A DNA stretch of 55,638 bases, the filler included, from Sphacelaria rigidula (lineage: Eukaryota): assembly GCA_964200075.2 (NCBI GenBank). It is 5 parts of 5 records of this genome, joined end to end, with 100 filler letters (N's around TTAATTAATTAA, not from the genome) between each part and the next. Parts side by side here need not be neighbours in the genome. Positions count along the whole stretch, not along the records: positions 22,297 to 33,344 come from CAXNAA020005477.1; positions 33,445 to 44,491 come from CAXNAA020005478.1; 3 more parts are not named here. One strand, written 5' to 3'. Below are positions 24,580 through 36,280 of the stretch, piece by piece. How positions within the stretch are numbered: the stretch's first letter is position 1; each line of letters opens with the position of its first letter. The position numbers and the translations under genes were made by a program. The notes under the pieces were generated by a model. It made no database searches. It saw nothing but the letters and a program-made list of their open reading frames with translations, and was not told the origin of the DNA.

Positions 24580-24670
24580 CCCTCTGACCGCGAGGGTAGT
24601 TAACCTGCTGAATCGGCATCAATATCACTTGAAAAAAGTATGCGTGATCCAGATGGACTACCCGCACCGC
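24580..24670. mobile_element. Left half of the CCCTTTGACCGC hairpin MITE family
   Basis: ccctctgaccgcgagggtagttaacctgctgaatcggcatc...ctacccgcaccgc matches the left arm of 26604-26785. Confidence 0.75.
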
Positions 24671-24884
24671 TGTCTTGAGGGGTAACCCTTGGAGCGCGAG
24701 GAGGGCAGTCCATCCGCGGCCGACGCACATCTGTCTGTACAGGTAGATTCATAGAATGTACTGATGCCCATCCAATAGATCGCCTACCTCAGTGGCCAAG
24801 GGGCTGAGGAGTCGAGGGGACCTAAAGAATGTTCGTACACAGTGTTTGATGGGAGTATCATGGAATTTTACAAAATAACACTGA

Positions 24885-25100
24885 CACTAACCCTAGCCCT
24901 GACCCCGACCCAAGGCGCACGAGACCCTCGGGCAAAGGGGGTACACAGGCTCCCCGAGGCAAAGTGTGCGCTGGCAGACCTCAAATCGACGTCGTAGGCG
25001 CCGATTTCGACGAAAACACGTTCTGGACGAGCTGGGTTCACTGCTCACCTGCCCCAAATCATAATTTTTCTCAGAACTTCATTCAATCTCAGATCAAGTA
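24885..25100. repeat. Dispersed repeat beginning with degenerate (CCCTAA)n, copy 1
   Basis: ctaaccctagccctgaccccgacccaaggc...gcaaagtgtgcg...ctcaaatcg...aaaacacgttctg; other copies at 25795 and 37572. Confidence 0.75.
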
Positions 25101-25794
25101 GTCATCCCTGTCGACCATGGTGTACGAACATTTCTTTAGGTCTACTGGCGAAGCAATCCACTTTCCCACCTGTTGTTGATTCCACAGTTGCATCGCTCTT
25201 TGTGTCCCATCATATAGAAGGTCGGTTGTTGGTTGCATTGGTTTTAGCTTGCATTACATCAGGTGATGATCCCTAAGTATACATCGTTTTGCGCTCTGTG
25301 CCCTGTTAGTAGTGCGGTGGAATGAAGTCTCCATTCGCAACGACTGGCTCCCTCGCCAGGTTGAGAGGAGTCCTTGTCCTCGCGAATAGGGTTTTCGAGC
25401 TTCTTCAGCTCATGGCTCAACCCTTGCTGTTCGCAGCAGCCTGCCGAGCGGGCTGGACCCAAAATCTGCTACCCTCTCTACGCCCCTCTAGGGTTGGCTG
25501 CAGTTGGAACTTCCTTCCAACTGATTGCATGAGGTTCATTGGTGGATTTGGTCGTTACTCTCTGGACGCTCTTTGAGATCTTTCCCCGTTCCTGACATCG
25601 CCATTTCCGTGTTGGAACCCAAGATTACCCGCTGTCAGGCCAGTGGAAAGTAAAATACTGGACAGTCGCGGTGATATCGCCAGCCACAGCGTATGGCATC
25701 TACCAAAAGCATGCACTGGCGTTGTCCAAAAGTATTGGCGTAGGACCCTGGTCTATGTCAACGTAAACAATGGTTGGTACGTTGGAGACACCGT

Positions 25795-26035
25795 CAACCC
25801 TAACGCTAATGCTAACCCTAACCCCGACCAAGGCATACCGAGAACCCTCGGGCATGGTGGGTGCGAAGTGTTTCTTGGGCAAAGTGTGCGTTGCCAGAGC
25901 TCAAATCGATGCCTTTGAGCCGGTTTTGGACCAAAACACGTTCTGAACGAGCTAGGTGTACTGCTCACCACTGCTCACCTGCCCTAAGTAACAAATTTTC
26001 CCAGAACTCCCTTCAGTCTAAAATCAAGTGAAATC
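25795..26035. repeat. Dispersed repeat beginning with degenerate (CCCTAA)n, copy 2
   Basis: accctaacgctaatgctaaccctaaccccgaccaaggcataccgagaaccctcggg... Confidence 0.75.
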
Positions 26036-26084
26036 GAGTACCAACCATTGTCTGTGTACATTTTCCTGAGGTGTACTGGAGGCC

Positions 26085-26350
26085 ATGCCATACACTTCGA
26101 CACCATCAGTAGTGTGTGTTGTTGTCCTATCTATTCTAGACGCCGGTCTACACCTTTCGGTACATGTAGGCGCACCAGCCGGGGTCACACAGGAGGAAGG
26201 TCAACACAGGAGCTTTTCCCTTTTTGTTGTTTTTTTAGAACCCCACCTTCCTTCTGCGGTACTTGCCTTTTTATTTTTTATCGCGAGAGGGGTTCAGTAG
26301 TCCCTTTCCCTCGCCGACCGTAAAGTCGAATTTTGTGTACCCACGACATG
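26085..26350 (-). mobile_element. tRNA-derived SINE, 3' body
   Basis: gtcgaattttgtgtacccacgacat is shared with 33445, which continues into a tRNA-like head; ctacacc...ccagccggggtcacacaggag is shared with about 48535-48580. Confidence 0.65.
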
Positions 26351-26381
26351 GTCGCTTTCCACAACGAAAAACATGTGCTAG

Positions 26382-26571
26382 CGGCCTGCCTTCGCACATA
26401 AGTTTTCGATCGAAATTTTGCGGTTGAAAGCAAAAACCCCGATTCGATAGTTCGTAATTTCAACCATCGTCGTTAGTTTTGAAGATGGTTGAAATCATGA
26501 CCTATTAGATCGAGATTTTTGCTTTCCACCGCACAATTTTGATCGAAAACTAATGTGCTAAAGACAGGCCC
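26382..26571. mobile_element. About 190-bp hairpin MITE with GGCCTG ends (Tourist/Harbinger-like)
   Basis: ggcctgccttcgcacataagttttcgatcgaaatt / aattttgatcgaaaactaatgtgctaaagacaggcc; inverted along its whole length. Confidence 0.7.
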
Positions 26572-26603
26572 GAAGACACGGCCTAAGGGCCTGTTTTGAT
26601 TCA

Positions 26604-26785
26604 CCCTTTGACCGCGACGGTAGGTCACCTGCTGAATCGGCATCATTTTTCACTTGGAAAAAATCTGCATGATCCAGATGAACTACCCCCACCGCGGTGC
26701 GGGTAGTCCATCTAGATTACGCATACTTTTTTCGAGTGAAAATTGATGCCGATTCAGCAGGTGACCTACCCTAGCGGTCTAACGG
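26604..26785. mobile_element. 182-bp hairpin MITE with CCCTT ends (piggyBac-type)
   Basis: ccctttgaccgcgacggtaggtcacctgctgaatcggcatca / tgatgccgattcagcaggtgacctaccctagcggtc; centre ccgcgg; flanks ttca / tcaa (decayed TTAA). Confidence 0.8.
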
Positions 26786-27007
26786 TCAAACAAGTAAAGT
26801 GATGACGCGCCATGAGAGAGTGACAATGATTTTGGCGTTGTTCGTGTTTCTTTTTCCCTCTCTCTTGACCTTGCAATTGCTTGCCCGTCAGCTATCAGCC
26901 ACTTGGAAGGACAAGAAAATACGAAATCACCAAAATCACCGGAATCACCGTCACCCTCATGGCGCCTTGCGACTTTTCTTGTCTCGTCAACCCTTAGACT
27001 GCATTCG

Positions 27008-27089
27008 AGTAGGTTATCTGAATCATGCATACTTTTTCAAGTGAAATTGATGCCGATTCAGCAGGTGACCCACCCTCGCGGTCAAAGGG
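27008..27089. mobile_element. Right half of the same CCCTTTGACCGC MITE family
   Basis: ...gatgccgattcagcaggtgacccaccctcgcggtcaaaggg, followed by (TTGA)n. Confidence 0.75.
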
Positions 27090-28229
27090 TTTGATTGATT
27101 GATTGATTGATTGATTATCTCGAATTAGCTGGTTGCAACAATCCAGCCCGTGGTCAACCCAGTGTTATTTCTTTTCGATATTATGGCGGCATTAGTGTGA
27201 GAATATGTACCTTGCGGAAGCAAGAGTCATGTCCCGCGATTTCAATTGTCTTGAATCAAGAGGGGAGGTCATCACGGGAAGAAGGGTGGGCAGTTTCAGC
27301 ATCAAGACCTCGCGTCACGAGCGGTGTGCGCAGGTGGGAAAAGCGCCATCACGAGACCCGTCACAGCATACATCGCAAGCGTCTGCTACTGAAAAGAGGT
27401 CGCGTCCCGGTAGTACACGGCGAAGTTGTGTAGGGTTTTTTACGTGCCGGCTCCACCCCGCGTGCACGAATCTTGAATCATACTGGTATACAGTATACAT
27501 GTAGATACTGCTTTCCGTCTGTGTACGTGGTGTACCACTCCTTGCTCCGCCACATCTTATACAGCGGTCGGTGTTGCAGCTAAGCGTGCATTCGCCCTAG
27601 GTGGTGCACGCAGGAGTAAACGGCCACCTCCGCCGCTATAATGCCTGCCTGTATCTTGGGCGAAGCTGTATGGTGAGACAGCCGCTATGGCGCGCAAGCC
27701 GGCTGTAACAATTCAGACCGTGGAGATTTTTACTCTGTCTCGAAGTGTACTGTGCGCAGTTCCCACTACGAGTATCGCGCACGTCGCAGTAGGCAATAGA
27801 TTATATACAATGCACAGTATATTATTTTGAATTATCTACTGACTCCAGAAAGCTCTTGTCCACGGTGTAGTATATTTCCACATATGTTCAGGCGGTGTGA
27901 TCATGAACTGATCCACAGCACATGGCAGAAGCGGAAGTGGGGCAATCACCGAAATATTCACGTGTAAAGCCTGTGCGGCCGTACTCTAAGTTGATAATAG
28001 TAGAACCCTAGTGCAACGATCACTCCGCCTGCTAGCCTGTTTGCACGGCCGTCCCGGTAGTGGTGGGACTGTCTGCATCCAGATGTCGCCCCTCATGCCA
28101 GGTACACCGGCAAGGGTCCGTGGCACTACCCACTGGTCGCGCGACCGGAGTTTATTCTTCGACTGTCGAGCTTTTTGGAGCGAAAACGTTCAGCTCCCAA
28201 CCCTGACACACATCATTTTGCATTATATG

Positions 28230-28280
28230 GTTTAGTACACAGTAGTAGAATACCGCCAGAGGTTCATGAGCCCTAGCCTC
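28230..28280 (+). mobile_element. Possible copia LTR end and primer-binding-site remnant
   Basis: ggttcatgagccc (28261-28273) resembles the GGTTATG(A/G)GCCC half-tRNA-iMet PBS of some copia lineages; no gag recognised downstream. Confidence 0.2.
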
Positions 28281-28729
28281 TCTGAGGCAGCAAAGCGCTT
28301 TGTCAATTAAGCTATGACGTTGCGTTGAGGACAGGCAATGCTCAGGAGAGCTGACAGTGAAGATTCCAGAAGATGGGCTGAGGAGTAGAGTAGGAGACAG
28401 GGGGCGAGCAGTGCAGGCTCGCACCGTGTCTAGGACATGAGACAAGCCACAAACCAGTCAAGTTCACAGAACATGCTTGTCGTGTGGTGTACAGTCAAGG
28501 TCACATTCTGTGACCTTGATGGCATCGTATGCGTTGGCTTGGACCTTGGAGCATATACATTGCTCCGTGGCTCCCAAGGTACACGGACAGTTCGACAAGT
28601 CTCGTAGAGCGGTATAGCCGACACCCGAGGAACTTTCCTCGTGGCTAGAAGTTTACTATGGACAAGACCTGTAGGTCTGGTTCTACATAGAACCATGAAG
28701 CATGTTGGGTTCGCATAATGGGATCCACA

Positions 28730-30700
28730 ATTAGTTTTTTTATTCTTCTTTTCATCTTATTCTTATTTTTCCGCACAGTAGTCCGATTGCCCGAACCCGC
28801 GGTCACAGACGTAGGCTCGTCTTTCGAATACCGTCCCTGCTATTTCTTACAAGACATAGAGTCCTCCATACTTTTTTTTGAGACTCCAGCTTAATGACAA
28901 GAACAAACGCAGTCACCCAAAATACTACCAATATGTGGTTAAATATGGAGAGAGACGCCGAGAAAAACATGAGGAGTAGCTTCCCCGAGTTCAACGGGGT
29001 GATGAGGGGGGCAAAAAAAGATGTGCGAAGAAGAGCACAGCGACGGAAAAGGGAAAGGAAAGAAAAGGACAAGTCACGAGAGATGACGCAAAGGGGTGAG
29101 CAAGGCCACCGAACGGAGGGCAACTCAAAAAACAAGCCCGGGCACCCTCATAGACCACCACCACAGCTGTTCGGAAAGACCGCACATGTACTAGTGAGTG
29201 CACTACCCGATGGAATACTGGTTACTCTTTGAAGGTCCTCGGTAGGCACTGGGGGAGCTCTAGTGGTAGCATAGCAAACAGTTTATTGGCGTGGCGTGCT
29301 TTCGTCCAGGCTGCCATGTACATGTTAGCTCCCTCCTCTACAACTCGGGACTATTCGGACACATCTTGGACAACCTGCGTCCACGATGTCGCATTTATTC
29401 CGAAGTACGAATAGTAGTCCGTGATACAGTGTTGTAGGCATGTTGCTGGTCGGCCTACCCTCGTCTTCCCTTCAACCATGACTGCACGCATGACGATGTT
29501 GAGGAGGCGTTCATCGTACATGCGCACAAGGCGGCGGGCGGGTAGGAGGGTTCGCTTCATCACTGCGGCCTCAATGCACTCGCAGCTAGTTCGTTCGAGG
29601 ACCTCGTGGTAGGGCAGCATGTGGTAGTCAGGGGCGCTGCGGCCTGAGGTATATGCTTGTTCAGGCACCTCAGCAGGAATCCTCAATGGGTCTCCCGTGA
29701 CGCGCCGAAATTGTCGTGTGCGATCGTCCAGGTCACGCAGCCGTACAGCATTACCTCGATCACTTCAGTCTTCACGAGACGAACCTTGTTGGCGAGGGCG
29801 ATGTACGGGTTGTCGTATGCCGCTCTGCTGTACTTGTAGAAGCACGTCCAGGCCGGTCCAGTGCGGCTGTAGATCTCGGGAGTGACATCACCGATGCTGC
29901 TGTTTTTTCCGTCAAGGTAGAGGAACGACTCAGCTTGCTTGTGTCTTGGCCCGCTGCCTCCACCTGGATCGTATCCGCCTCCATGTTCGGGGAGCGCATG
30001 TGCATAGTGACCGTCTTCTTCTCCGCGACGACGAGACCGAATTCCGCACATACTTCGATGACGGGCGTCATCATCTTTGCCAGACTTACCCGGGACCGCG
30101 AAGCGATGCCAGCGTCGTCGGCGTATAGCATAGTCCAGAGCACTTTGCTGAGTTCGTCCCTGGTCTTCCCGCTCCTTTCAGCGATGCGGATGAAGTCTTG
30201 CACCACCGCTTTATTGATTGAGAACCGGTCGAACGTTGCCGTCAGCACCGCCGCGAAAAAGATGTTGAACAGACCGGGAGAAAGCACACACCCTTCGCGG
30301 AGGCCCTGATTAACGTCAAACTACTCTGACGTCTCGCCGCTGTCCAGGCGTGCGCATGCCCGCATGCCGTCGTGGAATTGGCGGATGATGGGAATCACCT
30401 TGGCGGGGATACCGTAGCGTGCTAGAACTTTGCATAGAAGAGATCGGTCCACTGAGTCGTATCCCTTTTGGAGGTCGATGAAGCACATGTCGACTGTGGA
30501 CCTTGGAGCCTGCGCATAACGAACATCATGTCGACTGTGGACCGGCCAGGTCGGGAACCGCATTGTGCTTCTGGGAGGATTCCCTTCCACTCGCAATAAG
30601 CGTTAAGGCGAGTCGCTCTGCTTTTTTTCTTCCAGTTCCAAGGACTTGTAATGCTGGTACAGCCCTGCTTGGTCCTTCTTGCGAACAAACTCTACGGTCC
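28730..30700 (-). mobile_element. RTE-clade non-LTR retrotransposon, 5'-truncated and decayed (RT plus 3' UTR)
   Basis: [78 protein letters not shown]-rich tail at about 28735-28770. Confidence 0.92.
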
Positions 30701-32097
30701 GGACCGTGAGCTCGTAAAGGAAGTTCTGCAGCTCAGCATCGTTCACCCACTACAACGCTTTGTCCATTACCTTGAGCGCCTTCTTCAGGACAGCATCTTT
30801 CGAATTATCTCGCAAATTCTTCTATACACGTTCCCTGAGATCCCACGCCTTTTGGAGGGGATCCTGAGCCTAAGTTGACTCACTGAAACCTCTACATGGG
30901 GTTTTATTGGGGCATTAAGGGAGTGTATCTGCGGCTGCGCGAGGTTCAGCGGGCCTGGCGCACGTCGACCTCCACCAAGTCGACCCTTGTGCTTACACGC
31001 ACGTCGCTGTCAGCTCTTCGAACTACGGCAGCAATGCTTTCGGCGATGACGATGATTGGTCTGATTAGCGGCCCCCGCCGGCAGGGGTAGGGCGCGTTCC
31101 GATGTCATCGCCATGTAGCAACAATTGTACGGGTGTTAACCACCGTTTGGTGCAGTCAGTAATGCCAGCGCGATGTGCATTCAATCCCACACCACTGTGG
31201 TGCGGAGCAGTTGGACAGTGGTAGGAGTTACTCTCCGCACAAGCCGAGTGTTGTAGTCTCCAAGGGGTCGTTGTCTTGGCTGGCCTAAACCTAGTCTCGG
31301 TGGTTCGGGTCTACGACCGGCGGAGATTATCGACTGTATCACGAGTGTTGAACACCGTACAGCTTGCGCGTACGGGTCACTTTGACAGTGCGAGTCACCC
31401 AGCTCCCGCACGGACGTGGTACGGAGCAGTTTGACTGTAGTTGTCATTGATTCTCCGTACCAGTCAACATGCTGCGTCTTTCCTTGGGCCGCTACTGTCG
31501 GCCGGCCCAACTCGGCCTCAGCGCTCGAGGCCGAGGCCGGGGGAAGATTCATATATAGCGGACCGTAAACGATGCTTCTTTGCTGGGTTTCTTCCAGCGT
31601 TCTTCCATAACTGGGCGAAGATTGATGATGAGGCCAGCAGGATCCCTCGCGGCCTGCGTGCCCAACTGACTCTGTACCCACCATAATCGTCATCAGACAG
31701 CAGGGTGTTGAAAAAATAAAATTCCCGTCGACGGTGGTGTCCACAGTTTCAATGCAGACTGCGCTCTCAGCAACTTTCGCTGCTGCAGATGTGACTGTGA
31801 CACTTTACTCCACTACCAATTTACGCATTCTCAAAGATTCGGCGTCATTTGAAGCGAGGTGCGGATTCTCTTCACGCCCAAGCTTCCAAAACACCGCCTC
31901 CATAATATCGAAAAGGAATAACACTAGAACCCTTTTGACTCTGGACTCCTACTCAACCAGGAGTCAACCCCTTGTTTGCACGCGGGGGCCACTTCGGAAC
32001 AGGCATCATCTTCACTCGGTTAAAACGAGTGAGAATGATGCTGATTCACAGAAGGCTCTCACCCCCCGTTAGTCCACTCCGGTCCCGAATGGGTTAA

Positions 32098-32338
32098 TCC
32101 TTTTGGAACCGTTGATGGAAATGTGACGATTTACAAAGTCCCATATTTTAGCTTTCGTCAGCGGGAAAACGTCAGTTGGAGTTCGGTGCACGAATCTGTC
32201 ACATTAGTACACTTGAACTGAGAGTGGCGCACCGTTTTGGCGGGCTGCATTATTAACACTTGCACAAAAACAAGCATATCTTGCCCAAGAAAACGTCAAC
32301 TGTAAATCGTCACTTCTTCACCAACGGTTCCAAGAGGA
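32098..32338. mobile_element. TTAA-specific MITE (piggyBac-type), 241 bp
   Basis: TIR tccttttggaaccgttgatgga...gtgacgatttaca / tgtaaatcgtcac...ccaacggttccaagagga; TTAA at 32094-32097 and 32339-32342. Confidence 0.85.
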
Positions 32339-33344
32339 TTAAAGCGGGCCCTAAATGCGGCCACCGTGCATGTACAAAAATTTCCACACAAGCAGCGGAA
32401 TAACTGCCAACCGTTGATGCTACAAATATGAAGTGCATCCTTCGCCCTCGACCATGGCGAAGGGCTGCTTCACGCCAATGAGCTGAACCTCGTCTTCCGG
32501 AAGCGCCCACCTACGTCCTTTCGGCGTCCATCTACATTAAAAAACCGTCCTCCACAATCTCGCAGGACTGTCACTAGCAAATAAAGCATTCAAAAGAAAA
32601 AGTAAGGGGGTCCAGAAAGTGCGTTCATCAGAGCGACTAATCGACTAATATCACCTGCACGGGAAAACTACTCGTTCATTACCCCGGCGACAGGTGTCTT
32701 TTCCCGAGGCGAAGCTGGAGACGGTTTTGTTGTTGCCACGGGATGTACTGATCAACCATGGCCATCTGCCCACCTACAAGGAAGTCAAGGTGAGCGGATG
32801 ACCACTGGTGCCTGCAATTTGAAGAGGGTATCTGCTGTACCTCTCTCCGCCTGTTTTCCTATCAGCCGTCACTTGTGTACCTCCACGCGTCCAACAGCAG
32901 TTGGGGTGTCCCTGGCACTGAACGTAGACCCAACGGGTCTGAGCAGGCCCCACAACAGGCAACTGAAATGTTTGACCTATGCACCAGATATCCCTGAAAA
33001 TTACGTGCGCTACCTGTTGTACTAAGCGGGTGATATCTGGCACATGGTGAGCTATGCTTGGGTCAGACGGGGGCATTAGGCTTCGAATGTTGATGTGTGG
33101 TCTGGCCTTGGATCCATGTCACATCTCTGTGCACTGCCCGCGGTCGCCGCATTTACGTTTCCCCTTGAAAACACTGTTTTTCGGACGACCCAAACTATTT
33201 TTTGAAACGAATAAAAAAGACGACACTGCGTTTCAACCCTTCGACTGCCAGGGGGGGGGGGGGGGGGGGGGGGGGGTGGGAAAAAAAATTGACTTTAATA
33301 AAGAAGAAACACCTCACTCACAAAACACCCCCCCCCGGCGGGAA

Positions 33345-33444
33345 NNNNNNNNNNNNNNNNNNNNNNNNNNNNNNNNNNNNNNNNNNNNTTAATTAATTAA
33401 NNNNNNNNNNNNNNNNNNNNNNNNNNNNNNNNNNNNNNNNNNNN
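33345..33444. other. Artificial contig linker
   Basis: N44-TTAATTAATTAA-N44. Confidence 0.98.
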
Positions 33445-33592
33445 GTCGAATTTTGTGTACCCACGACATTGTCGCTCTCCACTGTTGAGCATGGTGTAAA
33501 AAAAAATCCCAGATCGCTCCGGGAATCGAACCCCGCAACGCTACCATCAGCAGGATACGACGTTATCAACTGAGCCACCGGGGCGACCGGCT
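33445..33592 (-). mobile_element. tRNA-derived SINE 5' head (Pol III A and B boxes)
   Basis: Minus strand gccggtcgccccggTGGCTCAGTTGata...ggGGTTCGATTCCc; body shared with 26325-26350. Confidence 0.75.
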
Positions 33593-33632
33593 ACCCATGA
33601 CAAAATATATATTCAGTTGATTCTTTTTGTTA

Positions 33633-34109
33633 GGCCGCTCCTTATAATAGACAAAAAAAGCCCTGGAAAAGTGCCTTTTTGAAGCTTTTACGTCGTTTTA
33701 CGCCCCGAAAGAGAGCTAGGCCGACTTTGCCACCTTGGAATGACTTGCTCTACTAGTTGAGGCGGTTCCAGGACATCTTCCCGTTTTCCCGTGGCCGCAG
33801 TTTTTATTTTGGCCTAACAAGAAGTTTTGTTCAAGAACGCTGAAAAACAGTCGATTCCAGAGAAAAGTGGAGATTTTTTTTAGATTTGACTGTTTTTCAC
33901 CGTTCCTGAACAAAAGTTCTTGTTTGGCCAAAATAAAAACTACGGCCACGGGAAAACGGGCAGATGTTCTGGAACCACCTCAACTAGTAGAGCAAGTCAT
34001 TCCAAGGTGTCAAGGTCGGCCTAGCTCTCTTTCGGGGCGTAAAACGACGTGAAAGCTTCAAAAAGGCACTTTTCCAGATTTTTATTTTTGTCTATTATAA
34101 AAAGCGGCC
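33633..34109. mobile_element. PIF/Harbinger (Tourist-like) fold-back MITE, 477 bp
   Basis: About 230-bp inverted arms (ggccgctccttataatagacaaaaa / tttttgtctattataaaaagcggcc); TSD TTA at 33630-33632 and 34110-34112; diverged partial copy at about 34335-34445. Confidence 0.9.
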
Positions 34110-34450
34110 TTAGGAATAGTACAAGAAAGGAAGGTTAAGTTGCCATTTCCAAGATCGCAAAAAGAACATTTGTCTGGCAACCCGCAAAAATTGTATCCTC
34201 GCTTTGAAAACGTGTGTGTGTGTTTATATATATATATATAGATAGATAGATTGCTCTGCTTCGCAATCGCGCTTCCATTGTTGTATTTTACTTTTCCCTT
34301 GTTATACTTGTTATGTATCGAAAAAAATACAACTTGTTGAAAAGTGCTTTTTTGACCCTTCTCCGTCGTTTTTGCCCCAAGAAGAGAGCTCAGCGGATGT
34401 TGACACCTCAGACCGTTCCAAAGCACCTTTGCGTTTTCCGTAGGTCACAG

Positions 34451-34661
34451 TGCAGTGGGTGAGAGGACCGCGTGCTTAGAGGACCGCACCGTAGCTTGAA
34501 ACACCTCAGTATCGACGTTTTCCAAGATCAATCGGGCCAGTCCCTGCAGGTACCACGACCCTGACCCCAACACTAATCCTAACCCTAACCCTAACCCCAA
34601 CCATAGGGATGTTCAACTTCCGACGCGGTCCTCCAAGCACGCGGTCCTCTCACGCATTACA
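34451..34661. mobile_element. 211-bp MITE with TG...CA ends, 4-bp TSD and internal (CCCTAA)n
   Basis: TIR tgcagtgggtgagaggaccgcgtgcttagaggaccgc / gcggtcctccaagcacgcggtcctctcacgcattaca; ACAG at 34447-34450 and 34662-34665. Confidence 0.75.
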
Positions 34662-35949
34662 ACAGTTTCGTTCTTGGCCAAAAATCAGACAGTACAGTGC
34701 AGACTGCTGTACAACAGTGGCGGCCTGTACTGTCCAGATGGTGTGTGTTTCGCACAGGATGCGGGCGCGATGTGGAAAAGAAGCGGGCAACGCGACAAAC
34801 AGCAGATTTGACAAGACAGCACAGCTTTCTGACTCTCTGCATACAGGAGAATGCGAAGCAGATTTGAACCATGTGCAATTTTTCATCGCCTCTACTGTCC
34901 ATGAGCGCGTTGGCAATTCGATCGCCCACCCCAACACGCAACTTCGTCGGTGGACCCTGCCACAAAATTAGATGCCTAAGTTTTGCCAACAAAAAGGAAC
35001 ACATCATGCCAAAACAGTGGTGGCGTCGGTTTCTATCACTGCAGTGCATGTATCCCTACGCTCAGATCGTGATATGCGCCGCAAGGTCGAGTAGGCAGCT
35101 GCGAATGAACCATTTGGGTTTTGCGTACCTCTGAGGAAAACGGTCAAGCGATAAAAAAACAGGGGGAAATTCCTGTCACCTGACTGTTTTTGTAAGCATG
35201 CAGTAGCATCAGCAACGTGCCAGGTGCATGGGTAATGTCGCACGATGGAACGCGGACCGCCTCCCGCACGGGAAGCAGCAGCAGCTGCAGCAGCAGTATC
35301 AGCAGCATATTTATTGCCAGTAAATGTACGCGGCTGGGGGTGGGTCTGAATCAACCGGTGCCGGTTCCGATGCCGATGCTTCGGCTGCTGCTCTTGGTCG
35401 TAGACGGTCCGCGTTTCGACGGTGCGACAACACCCACGCACCCTACGAGTGATGGCCACCGTGCTGGACAGCGCTGGGTACGTACTACCCGCCGATGGGT
35501 CCATGCTTGCTTACTCGGCACTCGGCAAAAAATCCAGGGCACATCACCATGTTCGTCGTAGAGTGTTCAAATGCACAACAGCACAGCGACAACTACATGG
35601 GGGTGGGAAGCGCCTTGTTCGTTGCAACAAGAGAAGCTGATGCATATACAGTCCGTGTTCAGGTTAAAAAAAACACTGCAGAAGCTGTGCTGTGCTGTGC
35701 TGTATTCAGTGTAGTACTCTGTACTCCATATACCACTGCAGAATTGTGTCCTGTTCAGTGTAGTACCCTTTACTTCAAATAATGGGGTCACGTTTTGAGC
35801 AGTTTTTCGAGAAGTTCTGCTTGTTTTTTGAAAAGTTCTCCTTGTTTTAAAAAAAGTAATCGGGAAAAAAACGAGACAGTTTTCTGTCACAGAAATCCAA
35901 TGCCGAATCTGGAAAAGCTTGAGACAACAACCAATTTGAAAATTGGAAA

Positions 35950-36280
35950 TGTGTGCCGCAGTGCCACACGGGACTAAATATATAGAAAATATACAGGTGG
36001 TGCTGATTTTTGTTGTTTAGAATTCAGAGCGGCGTTCGTTTTTGCTGTGTGCACAAAGTTGGAGGTACTTGGCCCGTTGGGTCCCCTCATTCGATCAAAC
36101 TAATGCGACCGCACGGGGGCGAAATTATTGGTGCAAGCATGACGCGTGTAGGTGGATTCTTCTGTGGGCTTCCGCCGTAAAATGGTTGTAGTCGATATTT
36201 TCTTTTCCCATCTTTTCTTCTTTGTCAGCGCTTGAAATAATGAGGCGTCTGGACCGGGGACGGAAGGGGAGGGTTCCCAA
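35950..36280. repeat. Dispersed repeat, copy 1 (copy 2 at 52208-52650)
   Basis: gtgccacacgggact.aatatatagaaaatatacaggtggtgctgat...aatgaggcgtctggac.ggggacgg.agggagggttcc in both copies. Confidence 0.85.

Noticed and set aside
33505-33592. Genuine tRNA gene (also 46735-46810, 51326-51410, 44287-44347)
   Set aside because: A and B boxes are present but no convincing cloverleaf, and each sits within or resembles a repeat body, so called SINE-derived
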